DNA from: Malacoraja senta
Lineage: Eukaryota
Direction of reading: 5' to 3'
Length of the DNA: 64,000 nucleotides
Assembly: GCA_038087875.1 (NCBI GenBank)
Contig: CM075985.1
Location: forward strand, 14,198,001-14,262,000
Part shown: one piece after another, positions 13,821-25,863 of the stretch
Layout: every line of letters begins with the position of its first letter
How positions within the stretch are numbered: position 1 is the first letter of the stretch
The notes under the pieces: generated by a model
The model's database searches: none
What the model saw: the letters and a program-made list of their open reading frames with translations, nothing else
Told to the model about the DNA's origin: nothing
Made by a program: the position numbers and the translations under genes

Positions 13821-14582
13821 TAGACCAAGTGCAGTCCACGTCGTACGCAGCGTGTTGACGGCGTAGGCAGCGTGCTCCGTCAAGATGCTGCGTACGACGT
13901 CGAGACGCTGCCTAGGCCGCAGGGACGCTGCGTACGCCCTCAATGGGGCTGCGGGCCGACAGGCCGTTGACGCGCCGGCTCTGTCACGCTGGCTGAAGTC
14001 AAAGATGGGTTGTTCCGCCGCTGCTTTTCGGCGTCCTCGGTCAGAGGACGGCGAAAAGCAGCGGGGGAAGAGCCGATGTTTGGCTTGAGCCATCGTGAGA
14101 GAGCCGGCCCGAGGGGGTGGGGGGGGGGTAGTGGAGGAGAGCCGGGCGACAGCAGCGAAAATCGCCAGCGAAATAAGAAAAATTTCGGCGTTTTTGGAGC
14201 AGAGCCGGGCGCTTGAGCCAGCGTGAGAGAGCCGGGAGGGGGGGGGGGGGTAGTGGAGGAGAGGCGGGCGGCAGCAGCGAATATCGCCAGCGAAAGAAGA
14301 AAAATGTCGGTATTTTTGGAGCAGAGCCGGGAGGCAGCAGTCGTTATCGTGGCTGGCCAGCAGGAGGCGACAAAATGAGTGAGGTGGGGGGGGGGGGGGG
14401 GGATGGATTGTATTAAAAAATGTGTACATAAAAATGTCTAAATCTAATGTGGAGTGTATTAGGGTAAAAGTGTAATGTCTAGCGAAATGGGAAAAATCTC
14501 GGAGTTTTCGCGTTTGGTTTTGGCGGACCAAGGAATCAAAGGCCAAATCTGACAACCACACACACAGAGTTTTAAAAGTATA
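13821..14582 (-). mobile_element. Non-autonomous Helitron, unit A of a tandem pair
   Basis: 5' end TATACTTTTAAAACTCTG (minus strand) like other family members; 3' end ...GCACTTGGTCTA; closely duplicated at 14583-15310. Confidence 0.7.
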
Positions 14583-15899
14583 CTAGACCAAGTGCAGACC
14601 CGTTGGGTCTGGTCCCCGAACGTGCTTCAGCCCCGTGGTCTGGTTCACGAAAGTGCTTCAGCGTCTCGACGTCGTACGCAGCGTCTTGACGGCGTACGTA
14701 GCGTGTTGACGGTGTAGGCAGCATACGCCGTCAAGACGCTGCGTATGCCCTCAATGGGGCTGCGGGCCGACAGGCCGTTGACGCGCCGGCTCTGTCACGC
14801 TGGCTGAAGGCAAAGATGGGTTGTTCCGCCGCTGCTTTTCGGCGTCCTCGGACAGAGGACAGCGAAAAGCAGCGGGGGGAGAGCCGATGTTTGGCTTGAG
14901 CCAGCGTGAGAGAGCTGGCCCGGGGGGTAGTGGAGGAGAGCCGGGCGACAGCAGCGAAAATCGCCAGCGAAATAAGAAAAATGTCGACGTTTTTGGAGCA
15001 GAGCCGGGCGCTTGAGCCAGCGTGAGAGCGCCGGCCCAGGGGAGGGCTGGGGGTAGTGGAGGAGAGGCGGGCGGCAGTGGAGGAGAGGCGGGCAGCAGCA
15101 GCAAAAATCGCCCACGAAAGAAGAAAAATGTCGACGTTTTTGGAGCAGAGCCGGGCGGCAGCAGCCGTTATGGTGGCTGGCCAGCAGGTTGCAACAAAAT
15201 GAGTGAGTGGCGGGGGTGGATTTTATTAAAAAATGTACATAAAAATGTCTAAATCTAATAAGGAGTGTATTAGGGTATGTAAAAGTGTAATGTCTAGCGA
15301 AATGGAAAAAAATCTGGGGGATAGAGGGAGAGGACAGTGGGGGAGGTGAGGAGAGTGGGGGTGGGATAGGGGGGAGGTGAGTGGCGAGCAGGGGAATAGA
15401 TGGAGAGAGGGGTAGGGAGGGGAGAGGGGTTATAGAGGGAGAGAGGGAGTGACTGAGGGTAGGGGAAAGGAGAGTGGGGGAGGGGAGGAAGAGAGGAGAA
15501 AAGAGGAAGGGAGGGAGTGCTGGGAAGGAGGAGGATAGGGGTAGGAAGAGGGATGGCGAGATAGTGGAGGAGAGGAGGGGAAAAGGGGAGAGGGGAGGGA
15601 GGGGTAAGGGGAGGAAGCAGAGGGTTGGTGAGAGGCAGGATAATGGAGGAGGGGAATAGGGGACTGAAGAGGGAGAGTGAGATGCGTTCACATTGATCTT
15701 ATATTTTAGAAGCTATTGCCATTTTAAACTTTAAAAACGTCACAGTAGTGCTCCCACTTGCCGGCCACACCTGCGCAGTTGGGGGAGGTTTGCCGTCACA
15801 GCGGGAACCCGTCAGACACACCTGCGCAGTTGGGGGCTATGGGTCAGTGGTGGATTATTGCCTTGGGGGACAGGCCCAACGGGTCCGTACATGGTCTAG
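14583..15899. mobile_element. Chimeric Helitron with two outward-facing 3' ends (hairpin + CTAG at both termini)
   Basis: CTAGACCAAGTGCAGACCCGTTGGGTCTG at 14583 and CAGGCCCAACGGGTCCGTACATGGTCTAG ending at 15899; purine-rich G tract 15317-15680. Confidence 0.7.
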
Positions 15900-15939
15900 T
15901 ACATAATAAAATTCAAGCTGTCCAATCAGCAAGTCTTAC

Positions 15940-16116
15940 CTTTACATTTTCAGTTCCTTCTACTAAGAGCTTAAGAAAGTGAGGAATGTAGTTGATCATC
16001 AAATGGTGATGAGTACTGACAACACTGATATTAGTTAGCATTCTGAGGCCAGCGACTTGCAACTCAGAGTTTAAAGTAGCAGCTTCTTGGATCTTCAAAA
16101 TTCGAGGGATCCAAAT
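15940..16116 (-). CDS. ARMC10: ARMC10 internal exon (177 nt)
   Basis: acag|IWIPRILKIQEAATLNSELQVAGLRMLTNISVVSTHHHLMINYIPHFLKLLVEGTENVK|gtaag; LNS-Q-AGL--LTN motif, 59 aa as in human ARMC10. Confidence 0.93.
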
Positions 16117-16329
16117 CTGTAATAAACATATTTTTAATATATTTAAGACTTTATCTGCTATTTAATTCAATTGAACATAGATCAGTACAAGAGAGAAATA
16201 GTATTTTTGTCCCATTATATCTGTGCCGAACATGATGCTAAGACAATCTCTTATCAGTTTTCCATCCTGGGAAAATGTTTCTGATTGTCTCCCCTAGCCT
16301 GGCACGCCAGTAGTTCTTATTGGTGACAT

Positions 16330-17041
16330 AGTTTACATTCACCTCCACCAACATCATCTACTGCATCTGGTTTTCCCGATGTGTGGTTCCTGTACATTGG
16401 CAAGATCAAGCGTAGACATCGCAACCACTTTGTTCAACACCTGCACTCTGTCTGCCAAGGCTTGCTGGATCTCCCGGTTGCTAACCATTTTACCTTAGTT
16501 TCGTGCTTACCTTCCCATTCCCATACTGACCTTTCTGTCCAGGGCCTCCTCCATTGCCAGAATGAGGCCACACGCAAATATGAGGAACAGCACCTCATAT
16601 TCCACTTGAGTAACTCGGAATCGGAATGGTATGAGCATTGAATTCTCAAATTTCAGTTTCAATAATCTATTAACAATCCCCCTCCCTTTCACCCCATGTT
16701 TTCCCCTTCTCTTTCTGTAACACTAATTTCTCCGCTTCACCCTCCCTGTCACCTTCCACCTATATTCCTTCCTCTGGCCTCACAATATGCAGGTCTTCTA
16801 TCCTTGTCTTACATGTTTTGTATCTTCATCTCTGGCCTCTGTCCAACCATCTACTAATCAAAAATCTCCCTTACATGTATCCGCCTATCAATTGCCAGGC
16901 TTTACCCTGCTCTCACTTGTACGAAGAGGGGTACCAAGCTGAAAAGCACCTATCCATGTTCCCCAGAGATGCTGTCTGACACATTGAGTTACTCTAGCAC
17001 TTTGTGTCTTTAGTAAACCAGCATATACAGTTCCTTGTGTC
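16330..17041 (+). mobile_element. Degenerate Penelope-like 3' fragment
   Basis: FLYIGKIKRR...HSHTDLSVQGLLHC...EEQHLIFHL plus tail. Confidence 0.8.
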
Positions 17042-17239
17042 CCCATGAAACCATATGACATTTTTGCTATTCTCTCTACTTGCATTACCACTTTCAGGGA
17101 GTTATAGACTTGGCCCCCGATCTATCGGTATTCCAATTAAGGCTCTTGCCGTAATTGTATTTTGCCTCTTACATTCGACTTCCCAAAGTCCAATACCTCA
17201 CACTTACTCAAATTGAACTATCAGACTACTGTCAGACTA

Positions 17240-18011
17240 AAATAACAGACTACTGACCGACATCTACTACAAACCCACTGACTCCCATGGCTATCTGGAC
17301 TCCACTTCTTCCCACCCTGCTTCCTGTAAGGACTTTATCCCTGACTCCCAATTCCTCCGTCTACGCCGCATCTGCACCCAGGATGAGGTGTTCCAAACCA
17401 GGGCATAGATGTCCTCATTCTTTAGGGAACGGGGGTTCCCCTCTTCGACTATAGATGAGGCTCTCACCAGGGTCTCCTCTATATCCCGTAGCTCCGCTCT
17501 CACTCCCCATCCCCCCACTCGTAACAAGAACAGAGTCCGCCTTGCCCTCACCTTCCACCCTACCAGCCGTCACATACAACAGATAATCCTCCGACATTTT
17601 CGCCACCTCCAACGGGATCCCACCACTGGCCACATCTTCCCATCTCCTCCCCTTTCAGCTTTCTGCAGAGACTGTTCCCTCAGTAACTCTCTGGTCAATT
17701 CGTCCCTTCCCACCCAAACCACCCCCTCCCCGGGTACTTTCCCTTGCAATCGCAGGAAATGCTACATTTGTCGCTTTACCCCCCCCCCCCTCGACTCCAT
17801 CCAAGGACCCAAGCAGGCTTTCCAGGTGAGCCAGAGGTTCACCTGCACCTCCTCTAACCTCATCTATTGCATCACTGCTGTCGGTGTCAACTGCTCTACA
17901 TCGGTGAGACAAAGCGCAGGCTTGGCAATCGCTTCGCACAACACCTCCGCACAGTTCGCATTAACCAACCTAATCACCCAGTGGCTCAGCACTTCAACTC
18001 CCCCTCCCATT
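17240..18011 (+). mobile_element. Penelope-like element fragment (RT C-terminus and GIY-YIG)
   Basis: TDIYYKPTDSH motif; ORF 17409-18029 FRERGFP...FTCTSSNLIYCI. Confidence 0.9.
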
Positions 18012-19154
18012 ACCTCGGGTAATTCTTAAGAGGGGTTTCTCTCCTTCTGGTGTTACGAATTTGGGTAACATTCAATTGCAAATAGCAGGCAGCAAAACAA
18101 AGTTAGCCTAAGCTATCATGCCTTGAGAAACAGCTACAAACTGGGACATACTGTATCAAAATCTTCCAACTTGGTAAGTAGGCTGCAAATTAAAATATCT
18201 CATACTTGGGTCAATAGCACTCTTGGACTTAAATAACCTAACAACCAATGTGGTATAAGCAAGTGACTTCAACATAAAATAAATTACATCTTGAGAATTG
18301 AAGAGCCAGCCATTATTACACAATGGCAACAAAAATTGAACTTAATTTCACTATTTCACTGTGATTTACTATCACTTTTGAGATTAAAGATGAAAATGGA
18401 TGTTGAAGAAATCGCCTTTAAAATTGTTCCGAATCAGCTCAGAGAGCAAAAACATATTGGTAATACACATAAGCACTTTTAAAATTAATGATTTAGCTAG
18501 GAGCTGGCTCCACTCAACAACTGTAGTTGATAATCACGTTGTCATGGCTCCAAACACAATAACATACAAATTACTTTGTCTAGTTAAGATAAAGTTTTTT
18601 TTGATGACCGAAAGTAAACGCAATTTTATCTTGTGCTGCTTGGTTTTAACAAAGTTAAAACAACTTAACAGTAAATGCTTTTTGTTGTATCATTAGAATT
18701 TCCACATAACATGTCTGACCTATATGTTTAAAGTGATCAATGCCAAGCGGTTCGTGATCAAACAAATCAACTTTTATGATGGTAGAAAAGTGCTTGTGAT
18801 AGAAAATCGCGATAAAAAAGGCAACTATCTGGACTCAGAAAAGCTGGAAATCCAGTTAGACCATGGATTACTGACCTTCCTTTATTGTGTGCTTCCATGT
18901 TTCAGTTTCTTTTTAATTAGGCAATCAAGTTGCTAATAGCAACATTCAGCATAATACTTATGCTGTTATCAACAAGAGTAATTACTTGATTTATATTAAT
19001 ACTAAATGTTGGAAATGTTCAACAGGGCCCACAACCAGATGGACAGAGATACATTTTGTCAGAATTATAAAAAGCACTAAATTAAAACTAGTTTCAGCTG
19101 CCGAGAAGGGGAAGAACTGGAGGTGATGACAATTATTTTGTTAGGGTGAACATC

Positions 19155-19986
19155 AACAGGGATACACACAAAGTGCTGCAGCAACTCAGCAGGATAGGCA
19201 GCATCCTTGAGAAAAGGAACGGGTGACGTTTCAGGTCGAGACCCTTCTCCAGAGATATTGCCTGACCCGCCGAGCTACCGCAGCACCCCGTGTGCATCCC
19301 CACCGATGAGGCACTCGGCCCCCGCCGGAACCGACAGCCACTGGACAAGGAGAGAAGCGCAGCTGACGATCCCCAGCCCGCCGGGGAACGCCCCCCCCCC
19401 CGGAAGCAGAGCAGAACTGGAGCCAGCGCCTCTCCCCCTGTGCAGGTTGCAAGCCCTGCCCGACACCTCTGGACAGGGACGGAATACACGGGAGGGGACC
19501 AGGACGGCCCAGCAGCAATTCAACAGTGCCCGCAGCGCCGTAGGCCCACGCCCGACCCCGGAACCCGGCGAGACAGGCAGAGTTGAGCTGGATTTAACGC
19601 TGCTTCTCCGCGCTGGCTGTGCGCCTGGGCCGTCCTTTTCGTAAGTCTAGGCAGGGCTGGTAGGTTAACCCGGTGAGACAGGCAGAGTTGAGCTGGATTT
19701 AGCGTTGCTTCTCTGCGTTGGCTGTGGGCCTGGGATCGCCGCTCCTGTCTGACTCCCGACGTCTCTGGCTGCCCCCGGACGGGGCTGGGGGGCACTCGGG
19801 AGGGGACGGGGATGGTCCAGTGGCGGTTCGGCAGCGATTGGGGCACCGGAGAACTGGGTTCGGTCCTAGTTGCAGATGAGGCGCAGGTCTGTGTCCATGC
19901 CGAGGCACGGCTGACGAGTTTTTATCACTTGTGACCTTTGACAAATCCCATGATTCCTTGTGTTTTTCGGAATACCTAACTGGCTT
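19155..19986 (+). mobile_element. Non-autonomous TIR element, AT-target family copy 1 (right end only), with captured Penelope-tail hairpin
   Basis: Right terminus GTGACCTTTGACAAATCCCATGATTCCTTGTGTTTTTCGGAATACCTAACTGGCTT|ATT matches 26744-26802. Confidence 0.7.
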
Positions 19987-19994
19987 ATTGATTA

Positions 19995-20910
19995 TTGGAC
20001 AAAAAGCAAAGAATGAGAAATTTATAGGATCATTCTTGGGTTGGCATGGTATGCGGTACTGCATGGATCAGTGCTTGGACCCCCAACTGTCTGTGTCCAC
20101 AATTTGGTTGACAGGTCCAAATGGTATATTTCCAAAACTGGATAGGATTGTGAGTAATGAGGATGGTGTAAAGAGGCTTCAAGGATTAGAGACAAGCTGA
20201 GTCAATGAACAGGAACATGACAAATGCAAATTGAATAGAAAACGTGAAATTATCCTCTTTGGTGGACCAAACAGTATTTTACAGAGTGAGTAATGTTGAT
20301 TTTCAAAAGTACTGTTATGCAATTCACTGAAGGCCTACATTACAGGTGCCTCAGGTCATTAACACTGCCATGTTTGTCTTTATTACAACAGTATTTGAGT
20401 ACAGGAGAAAAACGTCTTATTATAATTGTAAAAATTGATTTATTTGTCATAGTGCAGCGAGGATTCATGTGTCTGGTTCCAGGTATGGCAGATTTGCTGT
20501 ATGAGGTGAGGTTAAATGAGTAGAGTAGTGTTCTTAAGAATTTAGAAGACTGACTGGAGATCTCATTGAATTTTTACAAAATTCTTTTAGGGCTTGACAG
20601 GATGGATGGAGGAAATTTTCCCTAACTGAGTTCTACAATCAGGAGTCACAGTCTCTGAACAAGGGGTAGGATACTGAAATCAGGAAACATTTCTTCTCAC
20701 AGTGACAGATGAATCTTTGGAAATCTCTACCCTAGCGGACTGTAGAGCATCAGACAATTAGTTCAAAATAGAGATCAATAAATAGCTTTCTGGATATTAA
20801 AATAATCATGGCATAAAGAGATAGAGCAGTAAATAGCATAGGTATAGAATATCAGCCATAATCTTAATGAATGGCAGAGCAGGAAATGGCTTACTGTTCC
20901 TATTTCTTAC
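19995..20910 (+). mobile_element. Old, degenerate CR1 fragment
   Basis: Residual GGATCAGTGCTTGGACCCCAACT, VQRGFMCLVPGM, CR1 3' UTR. Confidence 0.7.
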
Positions 20911-21189
20911 ACAGCTGGACTACATTTGCATCATCAACTAGTTTCTCCATTCCAAGTAAAATGTTTACACTCCCATCGAGATTGATATCGCCAATTTTTT
21001 TAAGTTGAACTTGTCCAAAACTCTGCTGCTCGTCACTTTAATTACACAAAAAATATTCACCCAGCACTCCAATGCTGAGTTGATTCATGTCTCCCAGCAC
21101 TCAGTTTAAAATTCTTAAAATCTTATTTTCAAATCTCAAATGGTCTTTCGGCAGTTATTTGGACTACACCCCCCCCCCCCCCCCCCCCC

Positions 21190-22155
21190 CCCCGCCTCTT
21201 GCAAAGACGCCAATTCCTACTCTCAATTTCTCCTCTCTGTTCCATACCTCTGCTCCCACTCCCCCTTAACCCCAGACAGAACAAGGGCCTGGTCATTATC
21301 TTTCACCATACCAGCCTCTGTATCCAACACATCAATCTCTGACATTTCCACCTTTAACGTGATCTTACGACAAATCACATCTTCCCATTCCCACGCCTTT
21401 CCACTTCCTGTTGAGACCACTCTCTCCCCAACTCCTTGGTTCACTCATCCCTTCCCTCCCAAACTGCCCCTTCTGTCCGGTACCTTTCCCAGCAACGGCA
21501 GATGATACACCTGTCCCGATACCTCCTCCTTCACATATATCCAGGGATCTCAGTACCCCTTCCAGGTGAGGCATGCACATGCACCTCCTCTAACCTTATC
21601 TACTCTGCATTCGATGCTCCAAATGTGGCCTCCTTTACATTGATGAGACCAAGCATAGAGTAGGTGACTGTTTTGCCGAACATTCATGCTCAGGGGCTGC
21701 TGGACCTCTCCTTCCCATTCTGATACTGAACTTTCTGTCCTGGGCCTCTTCTAGTGCCAGATGGAGGCCACATGCAAACTGGAGGAACAGTACCTCATAT
21801 TCTGCTTGGGAAGCTTATAACCCAACAGTATGAACATTGAATTCTTCAATTTAGGTAACCCCCTCTTTTCTTACTGCCTTTTTTTCAGTGCCCCACCCTG
21901 GTGCGAACCTATTTCTCCCAATATCCTACCCCTCTTTCCATCTATATTCTCTCCCTCAGTCTTTACATTTCACTTATCTTCTCTCTTATCTAACACCCTT
22001 TCGTCTCCTTTTCATCTCTAGCCTTTGTCCACCCATTTACCAATCAAACCCCCGTCACCTCAATCCACCTATCATTTGCTAGCCTTTGTCCCTCCCCACC
22101 TCTTTTCCAGCTTTCTCCCCTTTGCACGAACAGTCTGAGGAAGGATCCCAACCCG
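21190..22155 (+). mobile_element. Degenerate Penelope-like fragment running into the gap
   Basis: CTSSNLIYS, KLEEQ motif; ends in a hammerhead-like CTGAGGAAGGATCCCAACCCG at the gap edge. Confidence 0.8.
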
Positions 22156-22355
22156 NNNNNNNNNNNNNNNNNNNNNNNNNNNNNNNNNNNNNNNNNNNNN
22201 NNNNNNNNNNNNNNNNNNNNNNNNNNNNNNNNNNNNNNNNNNNNNNNNNNNNNNNNNNNNNNNNNNNNNNNNNNNNNNNNNNNNNNNNNNNNNNNNNNNN
22301 NNNNNNNNNNNNNNNNNNNNNNNNNNNNNNNNNNNNNNNNNNNNNNNNNNNNNNN
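22156..22355. other. Assembly gap (200 N)
   Basis: Run of N. Confidence 1.
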
Positions 22356-22395
22356 TACAAAACTTATTTCTATGCATTTTGCATTGTGACATCAC

Positions 22396-22672
22396 TTAAG
22401 AATAAGGAGTAAGCCATTTAGAACGGAGACGAGGAAACACTTTTTCTCACAGAGAGTGGTGAGTGTGGAATTCTCTGCCTCAGAGGGCGGTGGAGGCAGG
22501 TTCTCTGGATGCTTTCAAGAGAGAGCTAGATAAGGCTCTTAAAAATAGCGGAGTCAGGGGATATGGGGAGAAGGCAGGAACGGGGTACTGATTGGGGATG
22601 ATCAGCCATGATCACATTGCTGGCTCGAAGGGCCGAATGGCCTACTCCTGCACCTATTGTCTATTGTCTATC
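22396..22672 (+). mobile_element. CR1 3' end
   Basis: TTTTTCTCACAGAGAGTGGTG...GGCCGAATGGCCTACTCCTGCACCTATTGTCTATTGTCTA. Confidence 0.85.
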
Positions 22673-23317
22673 AACCCTACTTGTTTTTTTCTATATGGCT
22701 TTTCTATATATAGGATATTATTCAATCTGAATGTCATGTTTTGGTGCCTTAATTCTGGCACCCAGAACAGCCTGCTGCTTTCATTTCCAATCGACCACAA
22801 AAACAATTTACTTTATGTTACTCCTTTTCTGCTATTTTTCAACCCTTCAAAATTCACTTGCATGGTTGAAATGCAAATCTGAAATTAAAAACTGGTATAA
22901 TTTACATAACCATTAATTGTAAAACTATTATAAAACCCTATTGTAAAATCCCATCTAGTTTAATATTGCCCTTCAGCAAAAGAAAATCTGTTGTCTGACC
23001 CATGTGTCTCCAGAGCCCCAACAACGTGGTGAACTCTTAACTGCCCTCCGAGTACCCTAGTGGTCAACTAAGAATAGGCAACATATGCTGCTTTTGCCTC
23101 CATACTAACCTGTAAATTATCTAAAATTAATCTGATTGGGAATGTAATTGTCAAATACAACAAATGTAAATGTGGTTGTGGATGAATTACATTCAGACCG
23201 CCCTTTCTTTAAATGAACTTTAACGGGATGAGATAATGCGTCATTATCCTCCGGAAAAGGCTGTGTTGACAGGAGTAAACGGTCCCTCTCCACTGTCCAT
23301 TCTACAGCTGTATTTAC

Positions 23318-23533
23318 CCTGATGACTGTCCTCAGTTTCTTGACTGTTGACGCCCAAGTCGATCGCTCGTCGGAGTAAATTTGCGTCTGGGACTGACAGC
23401 AACCAACGTCTCGGTCTTCCTGCTGCTGCTGCCACCGCTTTGCCAATCTGTACAGGGCGTACAGGCCACCAAACCCCGCCAACATGCCCATTGCAAACCT
23501 CAGAGGCCATTTTTCCCTGGTCACAGCGCCCAT
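23318..23533 (-). CDS. ARMC10: ARMC10 first coding exon (mitochondrial outer-membrane anchor); donor site uncertain
   Basis: ATG at 23533; MGAVTREKWPLRFAMGMLAGFGGLYALYRLAKR, the typical ARMC10/ARMCX N-terminal TM (G..AG.G..Y..YRL). Best donor AGG|gtaaat at 23318; an alternative near 23191 is possible. Confidence 0.78.
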
Positions 23534-24157
23534 CTACTTCGATCCCTGTAACTGGATTGCGATCGAACGCCAAACAAAAACTGGTCAATGCACTCGAGGA
23601 GCGAATTTCAAAACCATTTCCTCAGTAACACGAAAAGCTGAGGCATCCCGGCTTCCAGCATGCGTGGAAATCCTGGTCCGACTGAAAGCACACCCGAGGT
23701 TTAAGGGTCTTTTAGTCGTATACGAAATGGGAACAATGGCATTTTTACTTGCATCACACGGCAGCTCTATAAACAAAGTACTGTACTCAACATATAATAT
23801 AATAAACACGTAAAATAATAAGTTCAATACATTTTAAAAAGTGCAAAAAACAATTATTTTTCTGGGCCCTCACACATCAAGCTCTTGCCAAAATTTGAGA
23901 ACTTAACCTATGAGCCTGGATATGCCAATATTATCACAATAAACATCTGTGGAGCAAAATGGACAGATGTCTGATGAAAAGTGTGAAGGGACTCGACCCA
24001 AAATGCGGTCCCTCAATTGAATTCCTCCGAAACGTTGTTTTTCCACTGAAAATAGTAAGTCACAGATTTCAAACCAGTATTCCGTTTCTGACCAAACGAT
24101 ATGACCGCCACACAGTATTTGTACATTACGTCCATCTTGATTCATGTTGTTAAAAGA

Positions 24158-24785
24158 GTCATAGTCATACAGGAGGGACATAGGCCCTTTGGTCCAACTT
24201 GCCCTTGCCGACCAAGATGCCCTATCTACACTAGTCCCTCCCGCCGCATGTGGCCCATATCCTTCTGAACCTTTCCTATCCACGTACCTATCCAAAAATC
24301 TTTTAAATGTCATTATAGTACCTGCCTCAAGTATCTCTTCTGGCAAATATAGGCACAAAGTGCTGTTGTAATTCAGCAGGTGAGGCAGTATCTCTAGCTA
24401 TTTTCTCCAGAGATGCTGGCATGACCCACTGTGTTACTCCATCACTTTGTGTCCATCTTTGGTATAAACCAGCATCTGCAGTTCCTTCTTATTACCTCCT
24501 CTGGCAGCTCGTTCCACAATGTTGCCCCTCGGGTTCCTATTACATCGTTTCCCTCTCACCTGAAACCTATGTCCTCTGGTTCTTGATTCACTTACTATGG
24601 CTAAAAGACAGTGCATTCACCCTATCTATTCCCCTCCTGATTTTATACACCTCTACAAGATCACCCCTCTGCCTCCTGCACTTCAAGGAATAAAGTCCTC
24701 GCCTGCCTAGCCTTCTCCCTTCAGCTCAGGGTCTCAAGATTTGGCATCATCCTCGTAAATCTTCCCTGCACTTTTTCCAACTTAA
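24158..24785 (-). mobile_element. CR1 3' fragment(s) in the ARMC10/FBXL13 intergenic promoter region
   Basis: ESRTRGHRFQVRG, EAGTIMTFKRFLDRYVDRKG; (GACTAT)n tail. Confidence 0.8.
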
Positions 24786-25152
24786 CACATGTTTGAGTAC
24801 TTTCCGTTTACTATTTCAGATTTCAATAATTTACAGTATTTTGGCTTTGTAATTCTTATACATTGAAGATAGACAGACATAAAGTGCTGGAGTAACTCAG
24901 CCGGACAGGCAGCATCTCTGGAGAGAAGGAATGGGTGACGTTTCGGGTCGAGACCCTTCTTTTTACATTGCCGCGTTTGTAGATCGATAGTGCGTGCAAT
25001 TAATAATATTCTTATATAATTCATTTCCGAAAGGCAAAGGGAGCAATTACCTGGCTCGCCTATGGGCATTGATGCACACACAGTCCCTGGTGACCGGTTG
25101 GAAATCCTTCGCGGCCTTGCAGTGGCGGTTGGTCCCCTGCCTTTCAAAGCGC

Positions 25153-25166
25153 GTTACCATGGCGAT
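25153..25166 (+). promoter_or_regulatory. Putative RFX X-box upstream of FBXL13
   Basis: GTTACCATGGCGAT versus consensus GTTRCCATGGYAAC, ~50 nt before the ATG of a motile-cilia gene. Confidence 0.45.
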
Positions 25167-25212
25167 AGCAAACACCAGTGAGTTCCCTGGCGGCTTCCAC
25201 ACGACTGCAGCC

Positions 25213-25287
25213 ATGGCCTTCATTCCGCACGCAGATGCTGAGCTGAAACAGTACATCAAATCTCACTCAATCTCACAGATCTATGAG
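25213..25287 (+). CDS. FBXL13: F-box/LRR protein 13 (dynein regulatory complex subunit 6), coding exon 1
   Basis: Kozak GCCATGG; MAFIPHADAELKQYIKSHSISQIYE|gtaatt; compare mouse MASLRSAAPRLRSYFRDKYIPQICE; head-to-head with ARMC10 as in mammals. Confidence 0.85.
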
Positions 25288-25863
25288 GTAATTCAACCCG
25301 CTTTTTGAAAAGAAAAACAATTCTGAACACGGTCTTTCGATACTTGTTTTGAAGATATTGTTTCATTTGGAGTGCAGTATAGGGAAATAAGGGTCAGCAA
25401 ATAACCCAAATCACCGTAGAGCATGTAGAACTCGTTGAACGAAACTTTAAAATCATACCGCGGCAGCAACATGTCATTCCGTTATTGTTTAATAATACAT
25501 TTAATTATAACTTAAATTCGTCGCAGACATAAAGAAGATTTGCTTAGATAGAGCATTTTTCATGTCTTGCATCCTCGTCAGTGCTTAAGGGGGTAGGGAA
25601 AGCAAAATGATTGCATTAAGTAAACTCCAACAGATAGCAAACCGCATGTGACTCGATGCTTAATAAGAAACTGCAGATGCTGGAAAAATCGAAAGTAGAC
25701 AAAAAATGTTGGAGAAACTTAGCGGGTGAGGCAGCATCTATGGAGAAAAGTAGGTGACGTTTCGGGTCTAGATTTGCATTTACACAGGAGGACAAGTCTG
25801 AACGACAGGACCTCTGGCAATGGGCAGCACTATCTCAATAAGTAGATTGAAATGTCCAATAAT

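Noticed and set aside
22072-22412. ORFs spanning the N gap
   Set aside because: Artefacts of translating N.
22822-22878. Possible ARMC10 exon 2 (minus-strand acceptor ttttaatttcag)
   Set aside because: Open only with one of the possible exon 1 donors, weak downstream donor, no recognisable homology; cannot be supported.
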